Numbered from the stretch's first letter, positions 50,650 to 62,648 are shown. The stretch is 64,000 bases of DNA from Macrostomum lignano (GCA_002269645.1 NIVC01002235.1:62001-126000); one strand, 5' to 3'. Notes: generated by a model not told the origin, from the sequence alone. Translations and numbers: made by a program.

Positions 50650-50712
50650 ATTCCAATTCCGCAACCCAAGAACGGTGCAAGCGGCGATGCAAGCGTTTCA
50701 GACATTTTACAG
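50650..50712 (+). CDS. Two-repeat-domain protein exon 3 (63 nt, phase 1/1)
   Basis: ttgttttaag|AT and G|gtaatt; encodes NSNSATQERCKRRCKRFRHFT (basic stretch). Confidence 0.65.
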
Positions 50713-50784
50713 GTAATTAAATCGAGTTAGTGTACTTGGCAATGATTCATCAAAGTGGGAACAATCTACTGCCACAAATATTTG

Positions 50785-51220
50785 AGGTAGGCGCCATTTT
50801 ATTTGAGGTTGGCGCCATTCCATTTTAGGTAGGCGCCATTTCATTTGAGTTAGGCGCCATTTTATTTGAGGTTGGCGCCATTCCATTTTAGGTAGGCGCC
50901 ATTTCATTTGAGTTAGGCGCCATTTTATTTGAGGTAGGCGCCATTTCATTTGAGGTAGGCGCCATTTTATTTGAGGTAGGCGCCATTTCATTCGAGGTAG
51001 GCGCCATTTCATTTGAGGTTGGCGCCATTTTATTTGAGGTTGGCGCCATTTCATTCGAGGTAGGCGCCATTTTATTTGAGGTTAGTGCCATTTTATTTGA
51101 GGTTGGCGCCATTTCATTTGAGATAGGCGCCATTTCATTCGAGGTAGGCGCCATTTTATTTGAGGTTGGCGCCATTCCATTTTAGGTAGGCGCCATTTCA
51201 TTTGAGGTAGGCGCCATTTA
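50785..51220. repeat. 21-bp minisatellite GAGGTAGGCGCCATTTTATTT (two-domain gene intron 3)
   Basis: About 20 units. Confidence 0.95.
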
Positions 51221-51331
51221 AATTGAAAATTTAGTTATTGCTATGCACATATTAAACCCCTATTTACAGAATTCATTGCTTAGCTAAAGTCTAATTCTGT
51301 ATTAAATAAATTTTGCCCATGTGCTGCGCAG

Positions 51332-51566
51332 TTCGAGCACCGGATTGTTACGATCGAGTTTGCCATCGGATTGTTCAGCACCAGATTTTGCACTCCAAGT
51401 CGGCTCAGTTGAAGCAGCAGCAGCACATGCAAAAACATCTGAGCGCCCAGAACGATTCTGCAAGTCGGACTCAGCTGTATCGGTGCACGACTGCCGTGGC
51501 AGTGGCAAAGCGCTCGCTGCCCAGCGCGGTAGCGCAGGTTCTGGTTCGGCACTATCCGCTGGGAGT
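51332..51566 (+). CDS. Two-repeat-domain protein exon 4
   Basis: ctgcgcag|TT and GT|gtgagt; CYDRVCHRIVQHQIL...VAKR...VLVRHYPLG is domain copy 2. Confidence 0.75.
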
Positions 51567-51609
51567 GTGAGTGGCTGATGGCTTTTGGATGTATGGCTAT
51601 CGCTTGGAT

Positions 51610-52060
51610 CCTCGGTAGCTGGGCCAGCCTCCCAGATCCTCAGTTGCTGGGCCAGCCTCCCAGATCCTCATTTGCTGGGCCAGCTTACCAGATCTCCAGT
51701 TGCTGGGCCAGCCTCCCAGATCCTCAGTTGCTGGGCCAGCCTCCCAGATCCTCAGTTGCTGGGCCAGCCTCCCAGATCCTCAGTAGCTGGGCCAGCCTCC
51801 CAGATCCCCAGTAGCTGGGCCAGCCTCCCAGATCCCCAGTAGCTGGGCCAGCCTCCCCGATCCCCAGTAGCTTGGCCAGCCTCCCAGATCCCCAGTAGCT
51901 GGGCCAGCCTCCCAGAGTGTCAGTTGGTGGGCCAGCCTCCCAGAGTGTCAGTTGCTGGGCCAGCCTCCCAGATCCTCAGTTGCTGGGCCAGCCTCCCAGA
52001 GTGTCAGTTGGTGGGGCAGCCTCTGAGATCCCCAGTTGTTAGGCCAGCCTCCCAGATCTC
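51610..52060. repeat. 28-bp satellite CTGGGCCAGCCTCCCAGATCCTCAGTTG, array 1 (two-domain gene intron 4)
   Basis: Same family at 52795-53380, 58163-58218 and 62649-64000. Confidence 0.96.
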
Positions 52061-52108
52061 CACGCATGGCCATTAACGCACTTTACACTCAATGTTTGCC
52101 CCTTGCAG

Positions 52109-52211
52109 TCTAAAAGAGCAATGGATGTCGGAAGCCGAGTTTGCCAAACTGAAGCTTCTGGAAGCAAAGCGAGCAAATTTATTAAACAGCAAAGATTCTG
52201 CAAACCCTTGA
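52109..52211 (+). CDS. Two-repeat-domain protein terminal exon 5 (not in ORF track)
   Basis: ccttgcag|T acceptor; (V)LKEQWMSEAEFAKLKLLEAKRANLLNSKDSANP-TGA, homologous to the start of exon 2. Confidence 0.75.
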
Positions 52212-52794
52212 TACAACCATTGTTTTCAATCCGCGAAGTTCACCAGATAGTGCTGTAATACTCCATATTTAGTCATTCATACTTTCAATTATTAAATACT
52301 GCTGAAGTACTTGGCATTGTTCTACTTTTGTGTGACTTTTCAAAAATATCGAAGCAAGCTTGGTTTGTTTTATTGGAGGAAAATAAACAAACTGCATGTT
52401 TTTCCGTGTTTGTAGAAAGTAATATGATTTTTCGCTCAACTGTCTAACGCCAGTTACTGACACTAGATACGATATCAGCCTGTGTTGCACCTCTTTGTTC
52501 TATTTCTTAACTCTTGTGTGTGCGTGACTGTTTGTTTTAAAAATGTATCCGTCCGTTTGTTGTTGCACTTTTAATGGTCTCATATGTCAAATTAGTTCTA
52601 TTCTAATTGTTTTAATGAATTGGTTAAAATTTGGTTGCATTTTAAAAATTTTTGCTTCTTTAGTTTAACTGTTAGGTATATGATAGGCTTACTTAAACTA
52701 GAATTCTTTTACTGGTGTGTCTAGTCCTCAATAACGTTATTATTTGTTTCTGATTTGAATTTTGAACTAAAAACTTCAACCAATGTAACAGCAA

Positions 52795-53380
52795 TCTCAG
52801 TTGCTGGGCCAGCCTCCCAGATCCTCAGTTGCTGGGCCAGCCTCCCAGATCCTCAGTTGCTGGGCCAGCCTCCCAGATCCTCAGTTGCTGGGCCAGCCTC
52901 CCAGAGTGTCAGTTGCTGGGCCAGCCTCCCAGAGTGTCAGTTGCTGGGCCAGCCTCCCAGAGTGTCAGTTGCTGGGCCAGCCTCCCAGAGTGTCAGTTGG
53001 TGGGCCAGCCTCCCAGAGTGTCAGTTGGTGGGCCAGCCTCCCAGAGTGTCAGTTGGTGGGCCAGCCTCCCAGAGTGTCAGTTGGTGGGCCAGCCTCCCAG
53101 AGTGTCAGTTGCTGGGCCAGCCTCCCAGATCCTCAGTTGCTGGGCCAGCCTCCCAGAGTGTCAGTTGGTGGGCCAGCCTCCCAGATCCTCAGTTGCTGGG
53201 CCAGCCTCCCAGATCCTCAGTTGCTGGGCCAGCCTCCCAGATCCTCAGTTGCTGGGCCAGCCTCCCAGATCCTCAGTTGCTGGGCCAGCCTCCCAGATCC
53301 TCAGTTGCTGGGCCAGCCTCCCAGAGTGTCAGTTGCTGGGCCAGCCTCCCAGAGTGTCAGTTGGTGGGCCAGCCTTCAAA
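52795..53380. repeat. 28-bp satellite, array 2
   Basis: Mixed ATCCTCAG and AGTGTCAG variants. Confidence 0.96.
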
Positions 53381-53849
53381 TTTGTCTGGGCAGAAAGGTG
53401 CGTGTATATACTGCTTAAAAATTGCACTACTTACTACTGACAATGTTAGTACATCGCAGACTTATAATTGTTTTGTACTTTTTTGGCCAAATCTAATTTT
53501 TTTTGCGCTTGAGTTTTACTGCTTTCAGTTTTTTGCTTGCTTTTATCGTATCGCAATGGCAAAGCACTTTTGTTGTCAGTGAGCCCTGAATTTGCACTGA
53601 TAGTTTGCTTGACTATTATTGTCATCACTTAAAATCGTTTCCTTAATTGAACGCTATAAAGTTTATTTGTTGGCTTCTGTAATTTTTAGTGGTTTCTAAT
53701 CAACATTTTAACCTGATTTGGCTAATCGCTCAGGACTTAATACTGTATTTAGCTCAATTTTTCAATTAAAAATATTAAATTTTAGCTCTAAATCATTTTT
53801 AGTAGATAGAAAGTAACGGCTGTAAGTTGTGCTTGTTTTTATTCGATAT

Positions 53850-55130
53850 TTCTGACCCCCATTCTTCCCTCTCTTCCCCTCTCTTCCCCATTCTTCCCCC
53901 TTCCCCATTCTTCCCCTCTTCCCTATTCTTCCTTCTCTTCCCTATTCTTCCCCATTCTCCCCCTCTTCCCTATTCTTCCCCATTCTTCCCCTCTCTTCCT
54001 TCTCTTCCCTATTCTTCCCCATTCTTCCCCTCTCTTCCTTCTCTTCCCTATTCTTCCCCATTCTTCCCCTCTCTTCCCCGTTCTTCCCCCCTTCCCCATT
54101 CTTCCCCTCTCTTCCCCATTCTTCCCCTCTCTTCCCCATTCTTCCCCCCTTCCCCATTCTTCCCCTCTCTTCCCCATTCTTCCCCTCTCTTCCCCATTCT
54201 TCCCCTCTCTTCCCCATTCTTCCCCTCTTCCCTATTCTTCCCCTCTCTCCCCCATTCTTCCCAATTCTTCCCCTCTCTCCCCCATTCTTCCTAATTCTTC
54301 CCCTCTCTCCCCCTCTCTTCCCCATTCTTCCCCCCTTCCCCATTCTTCCCCTCTCTTCCCCATTCTTCCCCTCTCTTCCCCATTCTTCCCCTCTCTTCCC
54401 CATTCTTCCCCTCTCTTCCCCATTCTTCCCCCCTTCCCCATTCTTCCCCTCTCTTCCCCATTCTTCCCCTCTCTTCCCCATTCTTCCCCCTTCCCCATTC
54501 TTCCCCTCTCTTCCCCATTCTTCCCCTCTCTTCCCCATTCTTCCCCTCTTCCCTATTCTTCCCCATTCTCCCCCTCTTCCCTATTCTTCCTTCTCTTCCC
54601 TATTCTTCCCCATTCTTCCCCTCTCTTCCCCATTCTTCCCCTCTCTTCCCCATTCTTCCCCTCTCTTCCCCATTCTTCCCCTCTCTTCCCCATTCTTCCC
54701 CCCTTCCCTATTCTTCCCCCCTCTTCCCTATTCTTCCTTCTCTTCCCTATTCTTCCCCATTCTTCCCCTCTCTTCCCCTCTCTTCCCCATTCTTCCCCCC
54801 TTCCCCATTCTTCCCCTCTCTTCCCCATTCTTCCCCTCTCTTCCCCATTCTTCCCCTCTCTTCCCCATTCTTCCCCTCTTCCCTATTCTTCCCCTCTCTC
54901 CCCCATTCTTCCCAATTCTTCCCCTCTCTCCCCCATTCTTCCTAATTCTTCCCCTCTCTCCCCCTCTCTTCCCCATTCTTCCCTATTCCCCCTCTCTTCC
55001 CCATTCTTCCCTATTCTTCCCCTCTCTCACCAATTCTTCCCCTCTCTCCCCATTCTTCCCAATTTCCCTCTCTTCTTCCCCTCTCTTCTCGATTCTTCCT
55101 CCTTTTTTCAAATTTTCCCAATTTCACTCT
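53850..55130. repeat. Polypyrimidine 21-bp repeat TTCTTCCCCTCTCTTCCCCA
   Basis: About 1.3 kb almost free of G on the + strand. Confidence 0.96.
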
Positions 55131-55749
55131 TTAATTCCCATTCCCTTTTTGAAAAGGAGTTTCCATCTAGCATTCAGCTTCAATTGCAAGTTTCTGCTAG
55201 ACCTGCAACTTAACTTAATTCGCTATTCATTTCGACCCAGCTCTGAGAAATGTGTAGTCATTTAGTTTATATTCATTTATTTACAAATATTATTCTAAGC
55301 TTGTAAAATCGTTAATGCTGTACAAATATGCTTTTTTGACAAGAAATGTCTTGCTTCCATTTATTAGTTCATATTTATTTTTTTCAATTTTCCTAATTTC
55401 TATTTGCATGCCAGTTGCTTTGATTGCGAGATAACCGCTTGTAAAACTGAATGTTTGTTTGTTATAATTGAATTTGTGTCAAAGTTTCTAATTTTGCTTG
55501 ACTTTTTTCTATTCCTTTTTTAAGCATAACAACGAGAGCTGTCCATGATTCTGACTGTTAGCTTGCAAATATTATTAATATTTAATTACTTTAATTTATT
55601 ACATAACTGTTTTCTGGGTTTGTCAATTGTTATAAATATAACATTTAGCAAACCTTGCTGTGCTAAACCGTTTCTCTTCCCTTGAAACTGATTCTTCAAA
55701 TGATACTGTATTTTTGATATCTGTGTTCATCTTTTTGAGACCAATTTGT

Positions 55750-56880
55750 GTCTCCAGCTTGTCTCTAGATTGTGTCTTCAGCTTGTCTCTAGATTGTGTC
55801 TCCAGCTCGTCTCTAGATTGTATCTTCAGCTTGTCTCTAGATTGTGTCTTCAGCTTGTCTCTAGATTGTGTCTTCAGCTTGTATCTAGATTGTGTCTTCA
55901 GCTTGTCTCTAGATTGTGTCTTCAGCTTGTCTCTAGATTGTGTCTTCAGCTTGTCTCTAGATTGTGTCTCCAGCTCGTCTCTAGATTGTATCTTCAGCTT
56001 GTCTCTAGATTGTGTCTTCAGCTTGTCTCTAGATTGTGTCTTCAGCTTGTATCTAGATTGTGTCTTCAGCTTGTCTCTAGATTGTGTCTTCAGCTTGTCT
56101 CTAGATTGTGTCTCCAGCTCGTCTCTAGATTGTGTCTTCAGCCTGTCTCTAGATTGTGTCTCCAGCTCGTCTCTAGATTGTGTCTTCAGCTTGTCTCTAG
56201 ATTGTGTCTTCAGCTTGTCTCTAGATTGTGTCTTCAGCTTGTCTCTAGATTGTGTCTTCAGCTTGTCTCTAGATTGTGTCTTCAGCTTGTCTCTAGATTG
56301 TGTCTTCAGCTTGTCTCTAGATTGTGTCTTCAGCTTGTCTCTAGATTGTGTCTTCAGCTTGTCTCTAGATTGTGTCTTCAGCTTGTCTCTAGATTGTGTC
56401 TCCAGCTCGTATCTAGATTGTGTCTTCAGCTTGTCTCTAGATTGTGTCTTCAGCTTGTATCTAGATTGTGTCTTCAGCTTGTCTCTAGATTGTGTCTCCA
56501 GCTCGTCTCTAGATTGTGTCTTCAGCTTGTCTCTAGATTGTGTCTCCAGCTCGTCTCTAGATTGTGTCTTCAGCTTGTCTCTAGATTGTGTCTTCAGCTT
56601 GTATCTAGATTGTGTCTTCAGCTTGTCTCTAGATTGTGTCTTCAGCTTGTCTCTAGATTGTATCCAGATTGTCTCTAGATTGTGTCTTCAGCTTGTCTCT
56701 AGATTGTGTCTTCAGCTTGTATCTAGATTGTGTCTTCAGCTTGTCTCTAGATTTTGTCTTCAGCTTGTCTCTAGATTGTGTCTCCTGATGTGTCTCTAGA
56801 TTGTATCCAGATTGTCTCTAGATTGTGTCTCCAACTTGCCTCTAGATTGTGTCTCCAAGTTGTCTTTAGATTGTGTCTCT
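55750..56880. repeat. 24-bp minisatellite AGCTTGTCTCTAGATTGTGTCTTC
   Basis: About 45 homogeneous units. Confidence 0.97.
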
Positions 56881-57376
56881 AGATTGTCTATAGATTTTTT
56901 CCGCAGACTGTCTTTAAATTGTCTACAATTTGTTTCAAAAAATCTTGTGCACATGCATTGTTTTAACTATGAAGTAATAAAATGTGTCTGCAGATTGTGT
57001 CCAGATTTGATGTTCCTTGTTGCTGTGGAGGGTAGCCGTGACAGTCAGTTACTTCATGCTGCTTACTGTTGTTAAAACTGCAGCAATTTTTTTTACTTCC
57101 GACAAGACAAGACCACCTTGTTGAAATCGAAATTGAAACTCCATTTTCAAATGACTAACTAATTAGCTTCCAGTCCAGATGCTATTTTTAGAGCTCCACG
57201 ATTTTAGACTTGGGGGGAAAGTACCGCGGCCATAGACATGATTTTCATCATCTTCGGTACAGTTTAGCCGCTGTGAATTAGTGAACTACAGACTGCTTAT
57301 TGCTCTCTTAATGTTTTAATTTATAAAAGCAGAGCCATTCAAGAGTTGAAGCAGCAACAGCAGCTACTTGAAAAAG

Positions 57377-57829
57377 ATGTCTTCTGGCCAGCAATCTCCA
57401 TCCCCTGCCGTAGCCGCCGCTATCAAGCAGATTCGAATACAAACTGGCGTAGTCAAACGCCTAGTCAAAGAGGTTCGAATGTACCAAACCGAATCTGCCA
57501 GTCTGCTAGCCGAACTTGAGCAGCTGAAAGTGAAGCAGGTGTCTTCTTCTTCGGCTAGCGAAGAAGCCGAGCATCGACTTCGCAAACGGCAGGAGGTGCT
57601 GCGCGAATCCCAGATGATGGTGCCGGATACGGAGAGACGTTTAAGCACCGCCAAAGAACGCTTAGACTCCCTGCTTCAGCAGCACAAAGGTCTGTGCGAC
57701 TCCGACCCGGTGTATCTGGAGGCTGTCGAAGAGTTGAAGAAATTGTCTGGCAATGATGAGGCAGCCTCTGCCGATGCTAGCGCTGGTAAAGCTGCCGAGC
57801 TGCCGCAGAAAGAAGCTGGAGACTGTTGA
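57377..57829 (+). CDS. TBCA: Tubulin-specific chaperone A (cofactor A), intronless
   Basis: IKQIRIQTGVVKRLVKE and QEVLRESQMMVPDTERRL match human TBCA VRQIKIKTGVVKRLVKE and AEILQESRMMIPDCQRRL; AATAAA at 58075-58080. Confidence 0.93.
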   Translation: MSSGQQSPSPAVAAAIKQIRIQTGVVKRLVKEVRMYQTESASLLAELEQLKVKQVSSSSASEEAEHRLRKRQEVLRESQMMVPDTERRLSTAKERLDSLLQQHKGLCDSDPVYLEAVEELKKLSGNDEAASADASAGKAAELPQKEAGDC

Positions 57830-58218
57830 TCGATCGCTGATTGATATTAATTGCTTACTATTATTATTAGTAAAAATTTCACATAGAGATGAATTAATGT
57901 ACTCTGATGCAGATTCAATCTGAGCTAACTAGCTTAGAATCAGTTTTATTTATAGCCCAAAAAGACTTATTCTTGATCTGCCTCTTAGGAACTATATTAT
58001 ACCCGATAAATGCCCTGAAGACTGTATGAATCCTTTATAGCCTTAGTGCGACGCTGTGATTAAACGAGAATATAAATAAAAAAGCTGGTTTTTATTGACT
58101 TTCATTCATTCTTTGATTCTCGAAGAAGCCAATCAAAGTTGCAAGTACACTAATACCTATGGTGAATGTGCCAGTCTCCCAGATCCTCAGTTGCTGGGCC
58201 AGTCTCCCAAATCCTCAG

Positions 58219-58409
58219 TGTAGTGACTGACGCGAGAGCCAGAAGTTTAGCTGAACCAAACGCTTACGGCCCGGACTTGGGCATGGGGTACGATTATATA
58301 TTTGAGCTCAAAGCTCTGTAATTGATTGCTCTAGACTCAGTGTACATCTACGACGCAATGTTACACAGGAGTTAAAATCAACGTGCCGAGAAGGGGGGTG
58401 CGGAGTACA
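58219..58409 (-). repeat. 3' LTR of the Gypsy element
   Basis: Direct repeat of 62440-62648; adjacent polypurine tract AAGGGGAAAGA on the minus strand at 58410-58420. Confidence 0.9.
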
Positions 58410-58816
58410 TCTTTCCCCTTCGCGGAGAATAACGGAGTGAAATCGGATTTAAGAAAAATAAATTCCATGCGCGAAAAAAATCAAAAAAGGTTTATAGGAT
58501 GGTCCGTCAGTTTGCATGAAAAAAATCAGGTTCTGTAATCGACTTGCGGTAGTTTGCAGCTTCTTTGATGCGGACGCTTCGCGACTGGCAGTTTCCCGGC
58601 ACCGTCTGCGGCCGGTGACGTCGCGGGTGCTGGAGCGGCCGTCAGGTCGCCTTCTGGACCGCCGGTCTTGTCTGGTCCGTCTCCTGTTGCTGCATGCAGT
58701 TGCTGCCGCCCGTGTTCTCCAGGATGACAGAGTCGCCTTTGAACTCCGTGACCGTCCAGGGCTGAATTTCGAATGGCGTGTCCGTTTTCGACGGCTGGAT
58801 TTTTCTGCGGAGGACT

Positions 58817-61184
58817 TTATCGCCAGCTTGGATGCGATGCTCTGTGGCTGATCTTGTCGCGTCGGCGTAGTGCTTCATGGCGGCCTTGCACTGAAGGAAC
58901 AATGTCAGGAACATTGTCTTTGTTCCTGACCGTATTTGCTAGAGCCTGCGGCTTGACTCCTGGAATGCAGTCTTGGACTGGTCTCCCGAACATCAGGTCG
59001 GCTGGGGCGACTCTTGTGGCCGTGTGCGGAGTGCTGCGGTACGCGGCAAGCCACTCCTGCAATGCCCTCCTCCAGTCGGTTCCTGGGGCGTTGAAGATGC
59101 GGAGCAGCTTTTTCAGGGACCTGTTGATCCACTCGGTAATGCCATTGCATGGCCTCTGGATGGTACGGTGTGATGCGCCGCGGTGACTGATTCTGTGTAT
59201 TGTGACGAAACTCCTGAAGGCTTCTGATGTGAATGTCGGACCGTTGTCCGTCACGATCTGCTGGGGAATCCCTAGGTCGCAAAGACCTGCTGTAACTGTC
59301 TGGTGGTGCGGTCAGCTGTGATCGACTTCATCGCCACAACGATGGGGTAGCGCGAGTAGTGGTCTACGATCACCAGGAAATGTTGGCCGTTGGCCGGTCC
59401 GAGAAAGTCGATGCCGATGGTGGACCAGGCAGACTCCGGCAGCTCAGTCGGTTGCAGTGGGGCTGCTAGAACTTCCGCTTGATGGTTGGTGGCCGCACAT
59501 TCCAGGCACTACGCCACCAGTTGCTTGGCCTCAGCTGACATTCCGGGCCACCAGACCTTGGAGTTGAGTCGGCGCAGCGTTTTGGTCTCGCCTTGATGTC
59601 CTTGGTGAGCCAGCTGGAGGACGCTGGGCTTTTGGGATTACCAATCGCTGGTCTCGCAGCAGAACGCCAGAAGCCTCTGTCAACTCGTGCCTGGTGGCGG
59701 ATGCTGCCATCCCGCAGATCCCCAATTGCCTGTTCTGAACGATGACAGCACAGTCGATAGGATGGCGTTACAAGCCGTGGCTTCCCGGACTTGCTGCAAA
59801 GACAGGCCTCTCGGCGTCGCCGCTTCTGCGATGCTGCCGATGAAGTTTGAGTCCAGGATCTCGCCGATGTCGATCGATGTCGGAGCGGGCTCTGGCTGCC
59901 GGGTGAGGATGTCCCTCGGGTTGAACGAGCCTGGCCGATAGATGACGTTGAACTGCATGTCCTGGATGCTGAGCACCATGCTTTCGATGCGTGGAGGTGG
60001 GCGCGAGCCAGGCTTGAGCATAAAGGTCAGCGGCTTGTGGTCGGTGACGACAATGAAGTTCGTGGCGCCGCTGAGATAGAGTCAAAATTTCAGGCAGCCG
60101 AACTTGATTGCGAGAGCCTCCCGTTCCGTCTGTGAGTACCTCGACTCGACTGCCGATAGGGCTCTGCTTGCGAATGCAACCGGCTTGGATGAGCCGTCGG
60201 ACTGAATCTGGCGGAGAATGGCGCCGAATCCGATGGGGCTGGCGTCGACAACGAGTTCCGTGTGCCGGTTCTTGTCGAAAAAGACCAGTGTACTGTCAAC
60301 TGCGACGCGATCTCGGACTACTTGGAAAGCCTTGGCCTGCTGCTCGCCCTAAAGCCAGCTTGCACTCTTTTTGGTCAGGTCGCGCAACGGCTTCGTCATG
60401 TTCGCCAGGCCTGGCATAAAGCGACTGACAAACGTAACCAGACCGAGGAAGGAGTGGACTTCGGAGGCGTTCATTGGTTCTTTGAAGCTTTTGATCTCCG
60501 ACACCTTGACTTCAGCTGGCTGGATTCCTTTTGCCGACAGTCGCATGGCCAGGAAGTTGACCTCTGGCACTGCGAATTTGCACTTGCACGGGTTGAGAGT
60601 CAGGCCGTGTCCCTGAAGACGCTGAAGGCAGCTGGCTAGGCGACTGTTGTGCTCCTGGATGTCGCGGGCATGCACACCATAATGCGTCGTGCACCCATTT
60701 CACTCCTGGCAGGCCTCTGAGTACTGTATACATCACACGCTGTAGGGATTTCTGAAGCCGACGTGAAGCCCATACAGAGTCGCGTGAGCCTCATCAGGCC
60801 CAGTGGTGTCGAGAAGGTTAGAAACTTGCGTGACTCCTGATCGACCTTGATTTGGTGAAAGGCTTTATTGATGTCTAGCTCCGAGAAGAAGTGTGAACCG
60901 GCCATTTCGTCTGTGACCTCTTCAAAGGTCGGAATCGGCTGTTTCTCCGGCACTACGTATTGATTGATGTCTCGAAGGTCTTGGGTGATTCGCACCTGGT
61001 TCGGAGTGCTTTTTGGTACCACCACCATTCTAGCGACCCATTCGGAAGGCTCGGATACTCGCTCGATGATGCCTTCGCTGAGCTGGGCGTCGAGCTCTTT
61101 GATGGCTGCGTCTCGTAGGTGGATTGGCACTCGGCTAGGCGGGTAGCACACTGGGATGGCGTTGTCCTTGAGTCGGATGTTCAC
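58817..61184 (-). pseudogene. Gypsy pol (RT, RNase H, integrase) in frameshifted pieces
   Basis: Pieces 60636-61184, 60349-60675, 59680-60021 and 58817-59254 carry RT, RNase H and integrase motifs in different frames. Confidence 0.9.
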
Positions 61185-61298
61185 TTCGACGTCCTTGACG
61201 CAGCCAACTCCTTGGAAGAGCGCCCGGTGCCTTTTGAGGATGTTGTCAAGCTGGTGGTTTGCTGGAAGGTTAGCCGAATTGGCCTCCGGACTCGAGGA

Positions 61299-62419
61299 CT
61301 ACATTTCTTTTGCCTTGCCAGCAACCCGGATGCTGTTGATGTGGGTTTCCGGTGCTGGACCCACTCGTAGTACTCCAAACTTCTCGCTCGTTGCCCTTCC
61401 GAGAATGGTGACGCCCGGGTCTTGCACTACTATGAAGTCCACCACTTCCCCGAGACCGCTGATTTTGACAAGGAGCTCAGCTCTGCCGGCGGTTGCCAGT
61501 GGTGTCTTCGAGTCGAACGGGTACAACTGCCGTGCTGATCGAAGCAGTGGCGTTTTGGTTGTTTTGAGATCTTGAAAGGTCACCCGGTCGATGACGTTGC
61601 AGCTGGCGCCACTATCGATAATTGCCTCGATCCGCTTACCGTTGATAGAGATGCTCATCAGCGGCAGCTTGGTCTCAGTTAGGCAGAATACCTCCCCTTC
61701 ATCGCTTGGTGACTTGCTGGATTCTTCCAGGTGTTGCTGCTGTTTCACCGCAGCGGTAAACTTGGACTTGCTGCCAGGCTTGTAGGATGGTCCATCTTGT
61801 TGCTCACCTCTGGTGTGCCTCATCGAGTTGACTGTCTCGTCGTGGCGTGACTCCATGGCTGCTGACTGGTGGCTCGCGGCTTCGAAGGCTCGGCACAGCT
61901 GCAGTGCATCCTGCAAGTTGATGCTGGCGGTCTGCAGTAGCCGTCGTCTGAGTTGCTCGGAGTTGCATCCAGCGACAATCTGGTCGCGGATGAGGGAGTC
62001 GCGCAGATTGTCAAAGTCGCAGCTTTCTGCAGCCTTGTACAGCTGGCTGACCCATGCGTCGATGCTCTGGCCTGGTTGCTGCGTGCAGTTTCGGAAATAC
62101 AACTCGTATTTTGAGAACGACACGCACCTGCGGCCTGTAAAGTGGTCCTTGAAAGCCTTGATGAGTTCTTCGACGGTGTTTCCGCTGTTGGTCAGCTGCT
62201 TGTATAGCTCAGCCAGCTCCCTCCCGCCTGTGTAGAACAGGACTTGTCTCTGCTGGGCTGGATCCTTGACTCCGGAAGCGTGGATGAAACACACCGCGAC
62301 GACCAATCTTCCCACCTTGATGACAGGGCGTGTGCTTCTTGGTTGACGTTGAGTTTCTTTGGTGGAGGCAGTTGCAGTTGAACGACCGTGCCTGTCTGGC
62401 CACTGTTTTCAATAGACAT
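61299..62419 (-). pseudogene. Gypsy gag-protease (frameshift near the 5' end)
   Basis: ORFs 62192-62419 and 61299-62315; gag-like LRDSLIRDQIVAG and aspartic protease IIDSGASCNVI. Confidence 0.85.
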
Positions 62420-62439
62420 AGCTTAGCTTGCGAAACCAG

Positions 62440-62648
62440 TGAGTGATTGACGCGAGAGCCAGAAGCTTAGCTGAACCAAACGCATACGGCCCCGACTTAA
62501 GCATGGGGTACGATTATACGAGCTACGAGCTATATTTGAGCTCAAAGCTCTGTAATTGATTGCTCTAGAGTCAGTGTACATCTACGACGCAATGTTACAC
62601 AGGAGTTAAAATCAAGGTGCCGAGAAAGAGGGGGTGTGGAGTACAACA
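62440..62648 (-). repeat. 5' LTR of the Gypsy element
   Basis: Direct repeat of 58219-58409 with about 9 substitutions and several indels by manual count; followed on the minus strand by PBS-like TGGTTTCGCAAGC (62438-62426) and gag ATG at 62419. Confidence 0.9.

Larger units (their letters stand above)
58219..62648 (-). mobile_element. Decayed Ty3/Gypsy LTR retrotransposon (gag-PR-RT-RH-IN), about 4.4 kb
   Basis: Two LTRs with TG...CA ends; 5-bp TSD CTCAG (58214-58218 and 62649-62653). Protease IDSGAS, RT FSELDINKAFHQI, RNase H VDASPIGFGAIL / YSQTEREALA / TDHKPL, integrase GHQG / WWPGM / IDFLGP / TDNGPTF in Gypsy order; many frameshifts and stops. Confidence 0.95.

Noticed and set aside
55660-56799. 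Cys-rich SLDCVFSL / CLQLVSRL ORFs (379 and 310 aa)
   Set aside because: 24-bp tandem repeat open in two frames; no splice or start context.
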